DNA of 63,270 nt, filler included, from Octopus bimaculoides (GCF_001194135.2; 8 parts of 6 records of this genome joined end to end with filler, not necessarily neighbours in it); one strand, 5' to 3'; shown: positions 50,104 to 62,669, counted from the first letter of the whole stretch. Made by a program: numbers and translations. The notes: a model not told the origin generated them from the sequence alone.

Positions 50104-50105
<2 letters not shown>
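49960..50105 (-). mobile_element. short (TAA)n-associated repeat with decayed hammerhead-like core
   Basis: Minus strand CCTGATAAAGGCTAGAGAGTATATCAGCTAAAATGT resembles CTGATGA-a-GGCTG..CAGCC-GAAAC-GT. Confidence 0.45.
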
Positions 50106-50146
<41 letters not shown>

Positions 50147-50559
50147 TAGTTTTATTTTTATAACGTGCTTTCACTTCACTGCCGAGCGCAGCTCTGTGTG
50201 CCTTGGGTATGTGCTGTGATGATCTTATGGTTACTGTATCGAAAGTGTTTTGCGTAGGATGTGTGCAGTGCTCAGGAGTGCAATTTTCTCTATGTTACAT
50301 ATATTTGTAAGTCCTGGTGTTTTTGGTATGTATTTGTCTGAATATTTTTTTATTATACCTAAGGCACCTACTATGATAGGAATTGTTTCTGTTTTTAAAT
50401 TCCACATTCGAGTTATCTCTATTTCCAGGTCTTTGTATTTTGAAAGTTTTTCCATTTCTTTTAGAGAAACGTTGTCATCTGCTGGTATTGATACATCAAT
50501 TAGAAAGCATTTGTTTCCTTCATGATCTTTGGTCTATTTGCCTTAATTTCTCTATCTGT
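50106..50559 (-). mobile_element. RLE-type non-LTR retrotransposon 3' end (R4/Dong-like) with (TAA)n tail
   Basis: CFLIDVSIPADDNVSLKEMEKLSKYKDLEIEITRMWNLKTETIPIIVGALG...AHILRKTLSIQ* is a restriction-like endonuclease C-terminus; short 3'UTR then (AAT)n at 50106-50143. Confidence 0.85.
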
Positions 50560-51519
50560 NNNNNNNNNNNNNNNNNNNNNNNNNNNNNNNNNNNNNNNNN
50601 NNNTTAATTAATTAANNNNNNNNNNNNNNNNNNNNNNNNNNNNNNNNNNNNNNNNNNNNTATATATACTTATATGCATGTAATTGAATTAGTAATATAAG
50701 GAATGTAATTCTACAGCAGTAAAGAAGACAAGTTCGATCGCAGTTCATAGAATATATTTATTTCGCGTCAACCTTTCGTTTACTCATTTTTAAAACTTGA
50801 AAGCTTGGTGTTTTTTTCTTTTTCTTTCTATTCATAAAAATATTTAGGAAATTAAGTTATCGAGATAATGAGGCTTAGTTTAATCTATAAATGGGCTGAC
50901 AGACGTCAAAGAAATACATTTTGCGTTAAACTGTTACACGTAAATGTAACGAGAAAAAAAACGGAAAGAATTTAGATTTCTAGCGATCGTTTTAAATACA
51001 GGCTCTAATCCCGCTTGAGTTGTTCTACACTTTTTATGTTGAGCAAGATCAGAGTTTTGCTATTGTTAATTGCCTTCAGAAAGATAGGCTTGTCAAGTTA
51101 TCATAATTTTCGCTATATGTGTGTTATTTCGCTTTCAGTTTTATTCATGTTCTAAATAAACCTCAAGCTGGTCGCTAATAAAGCGACAAGAATTTTTGAG
51201 CTTCGAGAGTTCCCGGTGTTTTTTAATATGTGATTGTGATGATGTGTTGTTTGAACTGTCGATGTACACACTTGGGGTGTGTATCTATTTATCTAAAGCA
51301 TCTCAGATTAAAAATCGCTGGAATGTCTTACAAACCTTTACGCTGCCACTATCAGATTTAATTTGGAGAATCTGCATCAGTTTCTTTTGATCTACATCGT
51401 GAAACCAAGTATTTCTAAGTCTTTGTGGAAATTTGTTGGTGCATAATACCTATGATAACAGGTACAAATGTGAATTCATAGTCAGAGCACAAGAGCTGTA
51501 AGTTCCGCATTAATTCACC

Positions 51520-52020
51520 ATAAATGTTTTCTTTTTTCCTGGACATCTGATGCTACACTCACAACCTCTGGGCAGCTGACCTCGCCAAAACTGCATGACT
51601 CTTGTCCCTTGATTTGGAGAGCAATATCAGTCCCGTTATGCTTGCACCCTATTGCTGTTTTTACTGTGGTGTTCTGCCAATATTCCTTTAAAGATGTGAC
51701 TACATGCTGGTTCTGACATGCCTTTGAATGTATACAACAGGGCAATCCTTCCTGCGGATAAATAGTCTTTGCAACTAAACCATGTTTCAGGGGCAATATA
51801 TACATGTATACATTTGTTCACTTCTAATTTTAACTATTTGAAATCTTCCTTTGAAGAAAGAGCTGGTCTGTGACAAAAATACAATTGTCTGCCAGTAAAA
51901 TATGTAGGCAGTAAAAACCAATTCATATTTTCAATTTGTAAAGCGTCTTGCATAATTTTCATGTTTCCCTGTATTTGTAATGTGCTAGCTAGCTGAGTGA
52001 TTACTTTTCCTGAAAGCCCC
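51520..52020 (-). mobile_element. possible SWIM-bearing (MULE-like) transposase remnant
   Basis: PETWFSCKDYLSAGRI...CSHIF and GLPCCIH fragments in shifted frames. Confidence 0.3.
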
Positions 52021-52519
52021 AAGTTACCCAGATTGTTACTTAGGCATTAATCACAAAACCAACTGCATTAGTATTTATTTGCATAGATGTGAATTTATAA
52101 TTTGGATATAGAAGCAGGAGGTTTCGAATCAGCTAGCCATCGTTATCCTCTTTCTCTTTTATTATCAAAGAAATATTCACGTCAGCAAGACATCTGACCT
52201 CTATGATGATACATACTTTTTCTTATCTGTCCCAAGCAAAAATATCCGGCCTGTTATGTATGTATGTATGTAATGACTACTATTAGTGCGCGAGGAAATA
52301 GATAACCCCGAGGTGGTAAACAAAGTTTGCCGATAATCAGAAGACTATCACGGACTATTGGTAGACAGTTGTTATCGGCATGACCAAAATCTTTGAATGG
52401 TTCTACTTAACCCATCACCACTATTTTCAAAACATTGTGTTGTCTTTGTTCAATGGTTCACTTACAGCCATATCCTTTTCTTGTATTCTCTCATAATTCC
52501 ACTGCATATTGGAAAGAGT

Positions 52520-52790
52520 GAGGGCCAGTAGCCTAGCGGTTAGGTTATTGCACTCGGAATTGCTAGATCATGGCTTTGATTCGTAGGACGGGCGGCCCGT
52601 TGTATTCTTGAGCAAAGCACTTACTTCTCGTTGTACCACTCCACTCCACTGTCAATGAGAAACCCTGTGACAGATCGGGGATTGTTGCCCCTGCTCGCTT
52701 AAGTAGTGAGGTGATGTCATTCGAAAGCTAAAACAATGCGAAATGCACTGTGACCAGCGATGCATACCAACATCCGATAATTTGGTCAAT
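52520..52790 (+). mobile_element. SINE family C, diverged
   Basis: GGCCAGTAGCCTAGCGGTTAGG head, TTCTTGAGCAAAGCACTT core, GCATTGTGACCAGCGATG-like tail. Confidence 0.6.
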
Positions 52791-53209
52791 ACCATGATAC
52801 TGAGATATTGGAATAAAGTGATTAGAACAGGTATAGGATACGACCAGCAGTCTTTAGTAGAAAATCCACGCTTTGGCAACTTTCCAGCAATGTTCGTCCT
52901 GGTATGGAAATATGGGAATTTAACTGATCCCAGTAATGAAGCACGTCACTTCAGACACGGCACTACTTTCCTCGAACTAGGGAAGATCCATAAGAGGGGG
53001 ACCCTAACTTATATACTACAGTTTTTGCTTTTCAAATTGCAGCATCTGTCTTATTATCCAATACAGCACTTTTAATGTTTTAAATGGTTTTCAGAAAGCT
53101 GCGATGGAATAGGTGAACGATGCAGCTGGGAATCAACGAATCCTTCAAGATGGTGTTTCCGTTTCTGAGATGACGACCTCTCACCAATATCAATATTTTA
53201 AGTTCATAT

Positions 53210-53640
53210 AGGGCGGCGAGCTGGCTGAGATGTTAGCATGCCGGACGAAATGCTTAGAGGTATTTCGTCTATCTTTACGTTCTGAGATCAAAATCCGCCG
53301 AGGTCAACTTTGTCTTTCATCCTTTCAGGGTCGATAAACTAAATACTAGTTGCGTACTGGGGTTGATCTAATCGACTGGCCCCCTCCCCTAAAATTTCGA
53401 GCCTTGTGCCTAGAGAAGTAAAGAATATTCTAAGCTAATATAGGGCGACAAACTGGTAGAATCGTTAGCATGCCGGGGAAAAAGCTTAACGAAATTTCGT
53501 CTGTCTTTACGTTCTGAGTTCAAATTCTGTCGAGGTCGACTTTGCCTTTCATCCTTTCGGGGTCGATGAAATAAGATGGGTACTGGGTTGATGCAATCGA
53601 CTTCACCACCTCTCACTAAGTTACTGGCCTTTTGCCAAAA
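53210..53640 (+). mobile_element. two tandem tRNA-derived SINE family B copies
   Basis: GGGCGGCGAGCTGGCTGAGATGTTAGCATGCCGGACGAAATGCTTAG...GTCAACTTTGTCTTTCATCCTTTCAGGGTCGATAAA...GGCCTTGTGCC, repeated from about 53443. Confidence 0.82.
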
Positions 53641-56600
53641 TGTGAAACCAATATTTTAAGCTAATATATTTATATTTGTGATCTCATTTATATTGCTGCT
53701 CTTCGTGAAACAGATTCACAAGGAGGTGCAGTAATTCAAGCAGAAGAATCGGTTTACTACACCTCCCATTACACAGGCAAACTAAGAAAATTAAATCTTC
53801 ATCCAGTGTTAAGTTTGTCATCAAATCTTTCATTGCAAGCCAATTAACGTATTTTCTCTAAGGTTAACGTTATCACAGTATGGTATTAAATATAAACATG
53901 ATGGATGGGAACATAATTTATCTAATAAACAGTCAAGCTCCAACTATATCTTTCGACAAACAAGACCAAAACTCGCTTTTTTAATGTCTTCTCATCCAAT
54001 CTTCTCTTCTGTCTTCTCAAATCCCCCACGTAATTAAAATACTCTGCTGCTTGGTTACTTTGTTTCCAAGATAAATAACGATGATGAGACTTGATGTAGG
54101 TGTGATTGGTATTCACAGTGTAAGCAGAATGAGCAGCAATGGGCTACGTCTAATGCGGTCTTGTAACTATCATGGCCATTTTACGAAAAACATTCTTTGC
54201 TCACAACCAATTAATCATAAAATACTTCAGAAGCATTCTGGCTGCAAAGATTGGCATTGAATAGATTAAATACTTAGCAGACAGCATGATGGAATCGATG
54301 ATTTTATCGTTCGTTCTCTTCATGTCTCCCTTTTGCAGTTGAATCACCCTTTGCTGTGCAGCAAAACATTTTCCAGAGTTTGGGATAAACAACATCTAAG
54401 TGTCTCATCATGAAGCTATACAACTCTCAAATCACCCATTGCTGAAGACAAGTAACGAACCATCAGACAGAATAGACAACTATTTTGAAGGAAAATATGA
54501 GATAGAGCCTGGAGATATTTTGGAAATGTCTAACAGAGGCTATGTAATCCGCCCTCTTTCAGGTAATCGGATTGATTCCCCAAAAGTATCAGAATGGACT
54601 CGATGAAAGCCACTTTGGAGAGAGCATCTCATAGACCGGTTAATCATTACACATAAGAACTGGATATCCGAGGATGTTAAACGAAAAAGCATATTTATTT
54701 ATTTTGAACTGCATCGAATTGTAAGAAAGTATTTAAGAAACCTGAATGCGGCATCATTGTCATACTTAGCAACTGAAATTCTGTCTACTCTAGATATAAA
54801 ATATATGAAGGGTTACGATGATGGATTAAAGAGGATGTGGACAGAACATACTTTTGTGCCATCTTCCTGGAAGAAAGTAGGAGCAAAATTCTTCGCTATC
54901 ACATCATCTATATGACGAGAGCAAAATGGTCTAAAACCATTGATGATGGATTTGGGAATTTTGATGTTTCACTAATCTTAAAGATCTTGTACAATAATCT
55001 GAATAAAATATTGATAACAAAATTTTTTGAAACAAACAAGAGAATGTTTTGAAACAAATCTGTTCAACATGTCTGTATGTTCGTATGTGTGCCTGTGTGT
55101 ATAGAAAGAGAAATGTATAGATAAATTGTGTTTGTCTGTTGAGAAGAACGAAGATTCCACATAATAAATGAAAAGTAAATTCTTAAGGAATCAGAGTTCT
55201 CTATATAAGTCTATTTGTGAGATATCTCACAGAAGCACATTTTTGCTTCTTTCTTTTGATGTTCTTTCAAAGGTATCTTTGAAAACGTAAAAGAATAGGA
55301 CACGGAATATGTTTCTCCCTGAGGCATCACCCAATAACATTGTATAGCATTCACCAGAATACTATGTTTAAAGTTGTTATTTTAAATATTTGCGTTAACT
55401 CTACTTTGTATTTCGCCACGTTTATTGGATAGGCAGTATCGCGCGAATCAACAGATAAATAATCCATTCAGCTGGCGAGAAGTACTCGTCAATGGAAGGA
55501 AGTTCACTGCTAATTGCTATTTTGAAAAATCAAAGATTATCCAAAATTGAAAAGAGCTTTAAGCGAGGTGTAATACAACAATAAAGAGAGATGAATGGAG
55601 TGCTTGGTTTATCTACAAAATGTTTCGTTAAGAGATTTTATTGTGACGCAACACCGTACAAGCAGATATGTAAGGCGTGGTGAAATATCTATAAAATTAT
55701 GAGTTCAAATTCCGCGAGGTGCATTTCATCCTTTCGGGATCGATAAAATAAGTATCAGTAGGTACACTGACATCGATGTAATCGAGATATCCCCTACACC
55801 CGAAACTGTTGGCCTTGCGCCAAAATTTATGGCCATAGATCTATATGATTACGTAATACTTGACATTTGAAGACTCAATTCTTCAGGGTATACCATAATG
55901 TAGGGAGGTAAATAATGATATGCCACTACGTTGAAAATCATAGCAACATGTGAAAATCAAATAAGAAATACTAGTAGAGAGCGGGCTGAAACACATCGGC
56001 CAATCGTAATCGTAGAAGTTTCAATTAAGGGCGCCTTCTCTAAAATGCTTGGCTGTGTCCTTGAGCCAAACACTTGATATCCATTTTTTGTTGCACAGAA
56101 AACGTATTTTCAGATTTTCAGGTAAACAACGGCGTTTAAATGTCATGTCGTCAGGGCACGCTGTGTCCTTCAGCAAAATATTCTATTCAACCTTGTCTTG
56201 TCCACTCAACTGATAAAAATAAGTTGCACCGTTACTTCAAAGGGGCCAGCCTTGTTACGTCCTGTGTTATGTTGAATCTCCCCCAAAACTACGTTAAAGG
56301 TACACATGTCTGTTGAATACTCAACCAGTTACACCTTAATTTCACGGCCAGGATGTTCCGTTGAACGGTTCAACTGGAACACTCTTCGTTGGAACCGGTG
56401 GAGTACCATCTATAAATGTATACACACATAAATATATACGCAAGCAGATATATATGTATATACATATGATGTTTGAAAAAAGTTCGTTTTCTATGCTTTC
56501 GTTTTTATGTTTGAGTTTCTCACTGTGTTTAACGTTTTTTTTTTTATGTCCTACCTATATATGCATATATTTTTTAAAATAACGTCGACCACTAACGTGG

Positions 56601-56735
56601 ACAATTAATGCGCTAGAAATAGATCACATCTTGTGTCTATTAAGACCTAAAAAGTTCTCAACATGAAATATAGCAGCATACCAAAAACGTGAGCGGGCAA
56701 GACATTTAAAATCACCTAAAAAAATCATTATTAAA

Positions 56736-56794
56736 CAGGAACCAGGTTTCGGATTTAACAAATTCTTACCATTTGTCTATTCCTCATCAGCCTG
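56736..56794 (-). ncRNA. minimal type I hammerhead ribozyme, catalytic core intact
   Basis: CAGG-CTGATGA-GGAATAGACAAATGGTAAGAATTTGTTAAATCC-GAAAC-CTG-GT-T-CCTG: P1 CAGG/CCTG, P2 of 13 positions with 2 mismatches, 2-bp P3, GUU cleavage triplet. Confidence 0.72.
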
Positions 56795-56984
56795 ATTTGT
56801 AATGTAACAGCAATTATCAGAATCGTATACATAGTTGCCCACCGCCATGGGTGCGCGTGCATATGGTTCTGCTAATTACAGCTTNNNNNNNNNNNNNNNN
56901 NNNNNNNNNNNNNNNNNNNNNNNNNNNNTTAATTAATTAANNNNNNNNNNNNNNNNNNNNNNNNNNNNNNNNNNNNNNNNNNNN

Positions 56985-57270
56985 GTGACCCTCATGCTGG
57001 TGACATGTAAAAAGCACCATCCGAACGTGGCCGATGCCAGTGCCGCTTTGACTGGCTTTCGTGCCGCTGGCACGTAAAAAGCACCATCCGATTGTGGTCG
57101 ATGCCAGCTCCTCTGGTCCCTGAGCCAGTGGCACATAAAAAGTACCCACTACACTCTTGGAGTGGTTGGCGTTAGGAAGGGCATCCAGCTGTAGAAATAC
57201 TGCCAGATCAGATTGAGGCGTGGTGCAGCCTCCTGGCTTCCCATACCCCAGTCGAACCGTCCAATTTTGG
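56985..57270 (+). mobile_element. RTE 3'UTR with tandem units of about 63 bp
   Basis: GGCACGTAAAAAGCACCATCCGAACGTGGCCGATGCCAG units, then GAGTGGTTGGCGTTAGGAAGGGCATCCAGCTGTAGAAA. Confidence 0.75.
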
Positions 57271-57689
57271 TGTAAAGTTTCCATTTAGATCTGTTCAAAA
57301 CCAGAAGTTTATTTCATAGAACAAGGGCAATTTTGAGCAGGTTAGTATCATAAGGGTTTAAAAAAAAGTACTGGGGTCAATTTGTGCAAGTAAAACCCTT
57401 CAAGGTAGTGCCCCAACATGGCCACAGTCAAATGACTGAAACAAGTAAAAAGCAAAAGAATTGTCCCTTATATTGTCATAATAATCCTTTCTTTATTAAT
57501 TACACAAGGGGAAAGGTCAACATTGCCTTTCATCCTTTCGATGTCGATAAATTAAGTACCAGTTAAGCACTGGGGTTGAATTAATCAACTTACCCCCTCC
57601 CCGCAAATTACTGGTCTTGTGCCAAAATTTGAAACCAATATGTTTATCCTGTTTTCGTTATCTCCTTCTGAAATGTTTCATTCTGACAG

Positions 57690-57820
57690 GCACGGCAAAA
57701 AGATGCATCTTTAGAAGAGAAGCAGTTAGGATTCATGATGACCAAGAATCTCCAGAAGCTAATTGCTCCATTCTTCCTGAGAAGAACCAAAGCTGAGCTG
57801 ATGTCTGATTCAAAGAGTGG
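57690..57820 (+). CDS. ERCC6L: internal exon of ERCC6L/PICH SNF2-family DNA translocase
   Basis: CTGACAG acceptor, GTAAG donor, 131 nt, phase 0 to 2; ARQKDASLEEKQLGFMMTKNLQKLIAPFFLRRTKAE aligns by recollection with human PICH AREKDATPGEKALGFKISENLMAIIKPYFLRRTKED. Confidence 0.85.
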
Positions 57821-57966
57821 GTAAGGCTGGAGTTTCTCCCTTTGTTCTTGCCGCATGCTGAAACAATGTATGATCACTTTACAACCCTACGATTCTGGCT
57901 TCCGTCTCGATGCACAGCATCCTGGACAAATGTCTTCTACAGAAGCCTCATGCTAACTAATAAATA

Positions 57967-58109
57967 CTTCTACGTGTCACCGGCACTGGTGTCCTTCTAC
58001 GTGTCACCGGCACTGGTGTCCTTCTACGTGTCACCGGCACTGGTGTCCTTCTACGTGTCACCGGCACGGGTGTCCTATGTGTCACTGGCACAGGTGTCCT
58101 TGTCCATGT
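57967..58109. repeat. 27-bp minisatellite (4 copies plus decayed fifth)
   Basis: CTTCTACGTGTCACCGGCACTGGTGTC repeated; resembles the reverse RTE 3'UTR unit. Confidence 0.85.
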
Positions 58110-58209
58110 NNNNNNNNNNNNNNNNNNNNNNNNNNNNNNNNNNNNNNNNNNNNTTAATTAATTAANNNNNNNNNNNNNNNNNNNNNNNNNNNNNNNNNNN
58201 NNNNNNNNN

Positions 58210-58259
58210 TACTACAATGAATTTGAGTGATACTATAAATGATAGAACTACTGCTACTG

Positions 58260-58301
<42 letters not shown>

Positions 58302-58334
58302 ATAATAATAATAATAATAATAATAGTAATAATG

Positions 58335-58383
<49 letters not shown>

Positions 58384-58867
58384 TGATGATGATGATAATA
58401 ATAGCAATATCCCCAGCTGCAATTGTACGGTAAGATCCCAATGCCCGCTATTAGCTCGTTGTTTAGCCCAAAATGTTGTTTACATATGTACAGTAATGAC
58501 TGAAACTAGTAACTTTATTTACATCGGGTGCTCGATAAATATGAAGAAGCGCCTTAATAACTATCTTTCATCTTTTAGACTTAGACATAAAGCTAACGGT
58601 ACATCATTACATAGTAAAATCCGGGAACTTAAGGATAGCAATAGTAAATTTAGCCTCAAATGGGATATAAAATGGAGATCTCAGCCATACAAAGATAGCC
58701 GATATGGATGCGAATTATGTTATATGGAAATTTACAAAATGTTAAAGTATAGAGATAAGAATGAACTAATTAATAATAGATTAGACCTTAGGGTATCTTG
58801 TGTGCATAGGATAACCCGTACTTTCAAATATTTTAGAAGTAAATATTATACATATTATATACTATGA
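58210..58867 (+). mobile_element. Penelope-like element linker plus GIY-YIG endonuclease, open frame; probable 3'UTR to about 59450
   Basis: poly-Thr/Asn/Asp, then CNCTVRSQCP (CxCx5C), VVY...YIG, RLNNYLSSF, WDIK, CELC...LINNR...SCVH (CCHH-like), stop at 58867. Confidence 0.87.
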
Positions 58868-60452
58868 TTTGGTGGCAGAAATTATCTGGGGTGTCATATC
58901 TTTCATAACATACCCTCTATTGTATAGAATTATACGTTATATTGCCCTCTTATAACCCCTACCTGATAAATCTGCATTCATCCTCTACTTAGATTACACT
59001 ATTTCCCCTTCGGCTCTAAGACTTCTTTCCCTATCAGTCATAATAGGTACATTTACAATGGATTACCAGATCTTATACCTCCCTTGAGTATATTATATAC
59101 CCCCTATGAACTGTTATGATTCTACACACATCTGTGCCTGTAATAATATATCTTACAAATATTTTATAATACTATTTTCAATGGTATCTTTATTTTATTT
59201 TATTTATCGTTTAATTAGCTTTTGCTATGAATACCATGACTTATCCTTATTTTGTTTATCTTTTAACTCTTTTTATATCCAGTATGTATTTTATGGTGTT
59301 CAAAATGTAAAATTTTTATCTTTATTTCTATCTTTTCATTTTATAAATCCTTTATTGAAATTTTATACAAATATTTTTTCCTTTTAGTCATTCTTATTTT
59401 ATTTTATTTATTCTTTTATCTTATATTACATTATTGTATTTTGTATATCTATATACCGTCATATATACTGGTGTAATTTCTGTGGATTGTGAAACGGTTT
59501 GCAACTTCTCTCTATTGTAATCATGATACAATATAATACAATGTAGTATTTATATTTATTTATTTATACAAAAATAAGAGGAATGACCAGCAAAAGTGGA
59601 CTCCTATATGCTAGAAATAGATGCCGAATCATCTAACCACGAAAAATATGTTCGCAGTAAAAATTACAGCGATACAACAGACTGTAAAAGGGCAAGACAA
59701 ATTAAAAAATACTAAATAAAAAACCGATTAACCTATGTACCATGGTTTCACCTGTTAATATTTACATAAGTAAATATCTGCAGGATCATCAGCGCAGTCT
59801 GTCGATTTATAAAATATAATTTCCAAAAATAGACACAGGACGACCACCTGAAAGGGAGCACGTATAGAGTTCTACAAATTACATTCAGTGTATCCTTTCA
59901 AATGTCTTCAAAGGCAACTGAAGACATTACTTCCGCCTTTGCTAAGGCGGAGGTAATAATTGATTCTGAAGCAGTCTGCATGCATATTTAGATATACATA
60001 TATACGTATGTATGTATGTATGTACGTACGTATGTATGTATGTATGTATGTATGTATGTATGTATGCATGTATATATATATATATAATTTATATTATATG
60101 ATTCAACGCCACGCACCTATTTCCAATTAAGCTTATCTATCTATCTATCTATCTATATNNNNNNNNNNNNNNNNNNNNNNNNNNNNNNNNNNNNNNNNNN
60201 NNNNNNNNNNNNNNNNNNNNNNNNNNNNNNNNNNNNNNNNNNNNNNNNNNNNNNNNNNNNNNNNNNNNNNNNNNNNNNNNNNNNNNNNNNNNNNNNNNNN
60301 NNNNNNNNNNNNNNNNNNNNNNNNNNNNNNNNNNNNNNNNNNNNNNNNNNNNNNNNNNNNNNNNNNNNNNNNNNNNNNNNNNNNNNNNNNNNNNNNNNNN
60401 NNNNNNNNNNNNNNNNNNNNNNNNNNNNNNNNNNNNNNNGTTGGATATAAAG

Positions 60453-60499
<47 letters not shown>

Positions 60500-60884
60500 A
60501 CACACACACACACACACACACACATTCACACACATGTATATATAGTATATATACATACATAGCAGAGAAAACCCTCCAACCCATAATAGTTTGTCACTAA
60601 AACCATAAGAATCTTTATAACCATATCATCCATGTATATTGTTTATCCCTTTCCATTTTCCTATAAGGAAAAGGCTAGTGCCCTCTTAAGCTTTGAATCA
60701 CTAGGTCTGATAAGATGAAACAAAAAAGAACAAATAAAATTAGTGACAATTAAAATCTGCTTGGAATTAATTACTAGCCTGTATGGTCTGGCTAAGTCTA
60801 AATGTTTTTTTGTATTTTTCCGTTCCACTTGGAAAGTTTAAATGTAGTTACAACAATATGTCCTCAAATCAAAATTATTTTAAA

Positions 60885-61120
60885 TGTTGGGGGGACAAAC
60901 GCAGACCCACAAACATATACATATACACAGATATATATATATACATATTTATATATGCGACGGGCTTCTTTTAGTTTCCGTCTACCAAATCCACTTACTA
61001 GGCTTTGATCGGCGCGAGGCTATAGTAGAAGACACTTGCCCAAGGTGCCACGCAGTGGGACTGAACCCGGAACCATATGGTTGATAAGCAAGCTACTTAC
61101 CACACAGCCACTCCTGCGCC
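60885..61120 (-). mobile_element. SINE family A core and head
   Basis: GGGGGACAAAC..(TA)n..GACGGGCTTCTTTTAGTTTCCGTCTACC...CCACACAGCCACTCCTGCGCC. Confidence 0.82.
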
Positions 61121-61971
61121 TATATATATATATATATATATATNNNNNNNNNNNNNNNNNNNNNNNNNNNNNNNNNNNNNNNNNNNNNNNNNNNNNNNNN
61201 NNNNNNNNNNNNNNNNNNNNNNNNNNNNNNNNNNNNNNNNNNNNNNNNNNNNNNNNNNNNNNNNNNNNNNNNNNNNNNNNNNNNNNNNNNNNNNNNNNNN
61301 NNNNNNNNNNNNNNNNNNNNNNNNNNNNNNNNNNNNNNNNNNNNNNNNNNNNNNNNNNNNNNNNNNNNNNNNNNNNNNNNNNNNNNNNNNNNNNNNNNNN
61401 NNNNNNNNNNNNNNNNNNNNNNNNNNNNNNNNNNNNNNNNNNNNNNNNNNNNNNNNNNNNNNNNNNNNNNNNNNNNNNNNNNNNNNNNNNNNNNNNNNNN
61501 NNNNNNNNNNNNNNNNNNNNNNNNNNNNNNNNNNNNNNNNNNNNNNNNNNNNNNNNNNNNNNNNNNNNNNNNNNNNNNNNNNNNNNNNNNNNNNNNNNNN
61601 NNNNNNNNNNNNNNNNNNNNNNNNNNNNNNNNNNNNNNNNNNNNNNNNNNNNNNNNNNNNNNNNNNNNNNNNNNNNNNNNNNNNNNNNNNNNNNNNNNNN
61701 NNNNNNNNNNNNNNNNNNNNNNNNNNNNNNNNNNNNNNNNNNNNNNNNNNNNNNNNNNNNNNNNNNNNNNNNNNNNNNNNNNNNNNNNNNNNNNNNNNNN
61801 NNNNNNNNNNNNNNNNNNNNNNNNNNNNNNNNNNNNNNNNNNNNNNNNNNNNNNNNNNNNNNNNNNNNNNNNNNNNNNNNNNNNNNNNNNNNNNNNNNNN
61901 NNNNNNNNNNNNNNNNNNNNNNNNNNNNNNNNNNNNNNNNNNNNNNNNNNNNNNNNNNNNNNNNNNNNNNN

Positions 61972-62020
<49 letters not shown>

Positions 62021-62599
62021 TGCAATTATATTTATAGAAGTTTTCATGTATACAGAGTATAGACATTTATACTTAAGTACAGGCTAGCATTGCAATAAAT
62101 ACATACACATGTGTATGTATTTACATAGATGTAGCATACACACACATACACATACATACACATGCATACATAGATACACACAACCACACAGACACACACA
62201 CATAAATATATATATACGTACATGCATGCAGACATACATACATATATAAATGTCTATATATGTGTGTGTGAATGTATCTGTGCGTGAGTGTGTAGCTGCT
62301 GTGAGCAGGAACATTGGCATATGTCTTCTGTTTCACATTCTATTATCGGCTTGAAGATTCCTCTCGTCAGTTCGGTTCTAGATGAGTAAAGGTCATCGGT
62401 CTCAGAAGGCCAGAATGGCCATACAACATTCCTGGCAGTTACCAAGAGACCAGAACTGCTGAGCTAGCAGAGAATATTATGAGAAGTACTTCGAACCAGG
62501 TGACCTCAAACGAGAAGACACTTTGGACACAAGATATCAATGGCTCTGCAACAGAAGCAACTAGGAATCAAATATGATGTATGCGTGTTCATCACTCCC

Positions 62600-62601
62600 A
62601 T

Positions 62602-62669
<68 letters not shown>

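Noticed and set aside
28306-58109. Functional linkage of PLA2G12 and ERCC6L, or a fused/nested gene
   Set aside because: The exons lie in different blocks separated by four artificial spacers
62320-62575. CTGACGA...GAAAC on the minus strand as a hammerhead, and a 64-codon plus-strand frame
   Set aside because: No P2 pairing for the ribozyme; the frame has no recognisable homology or splice signals
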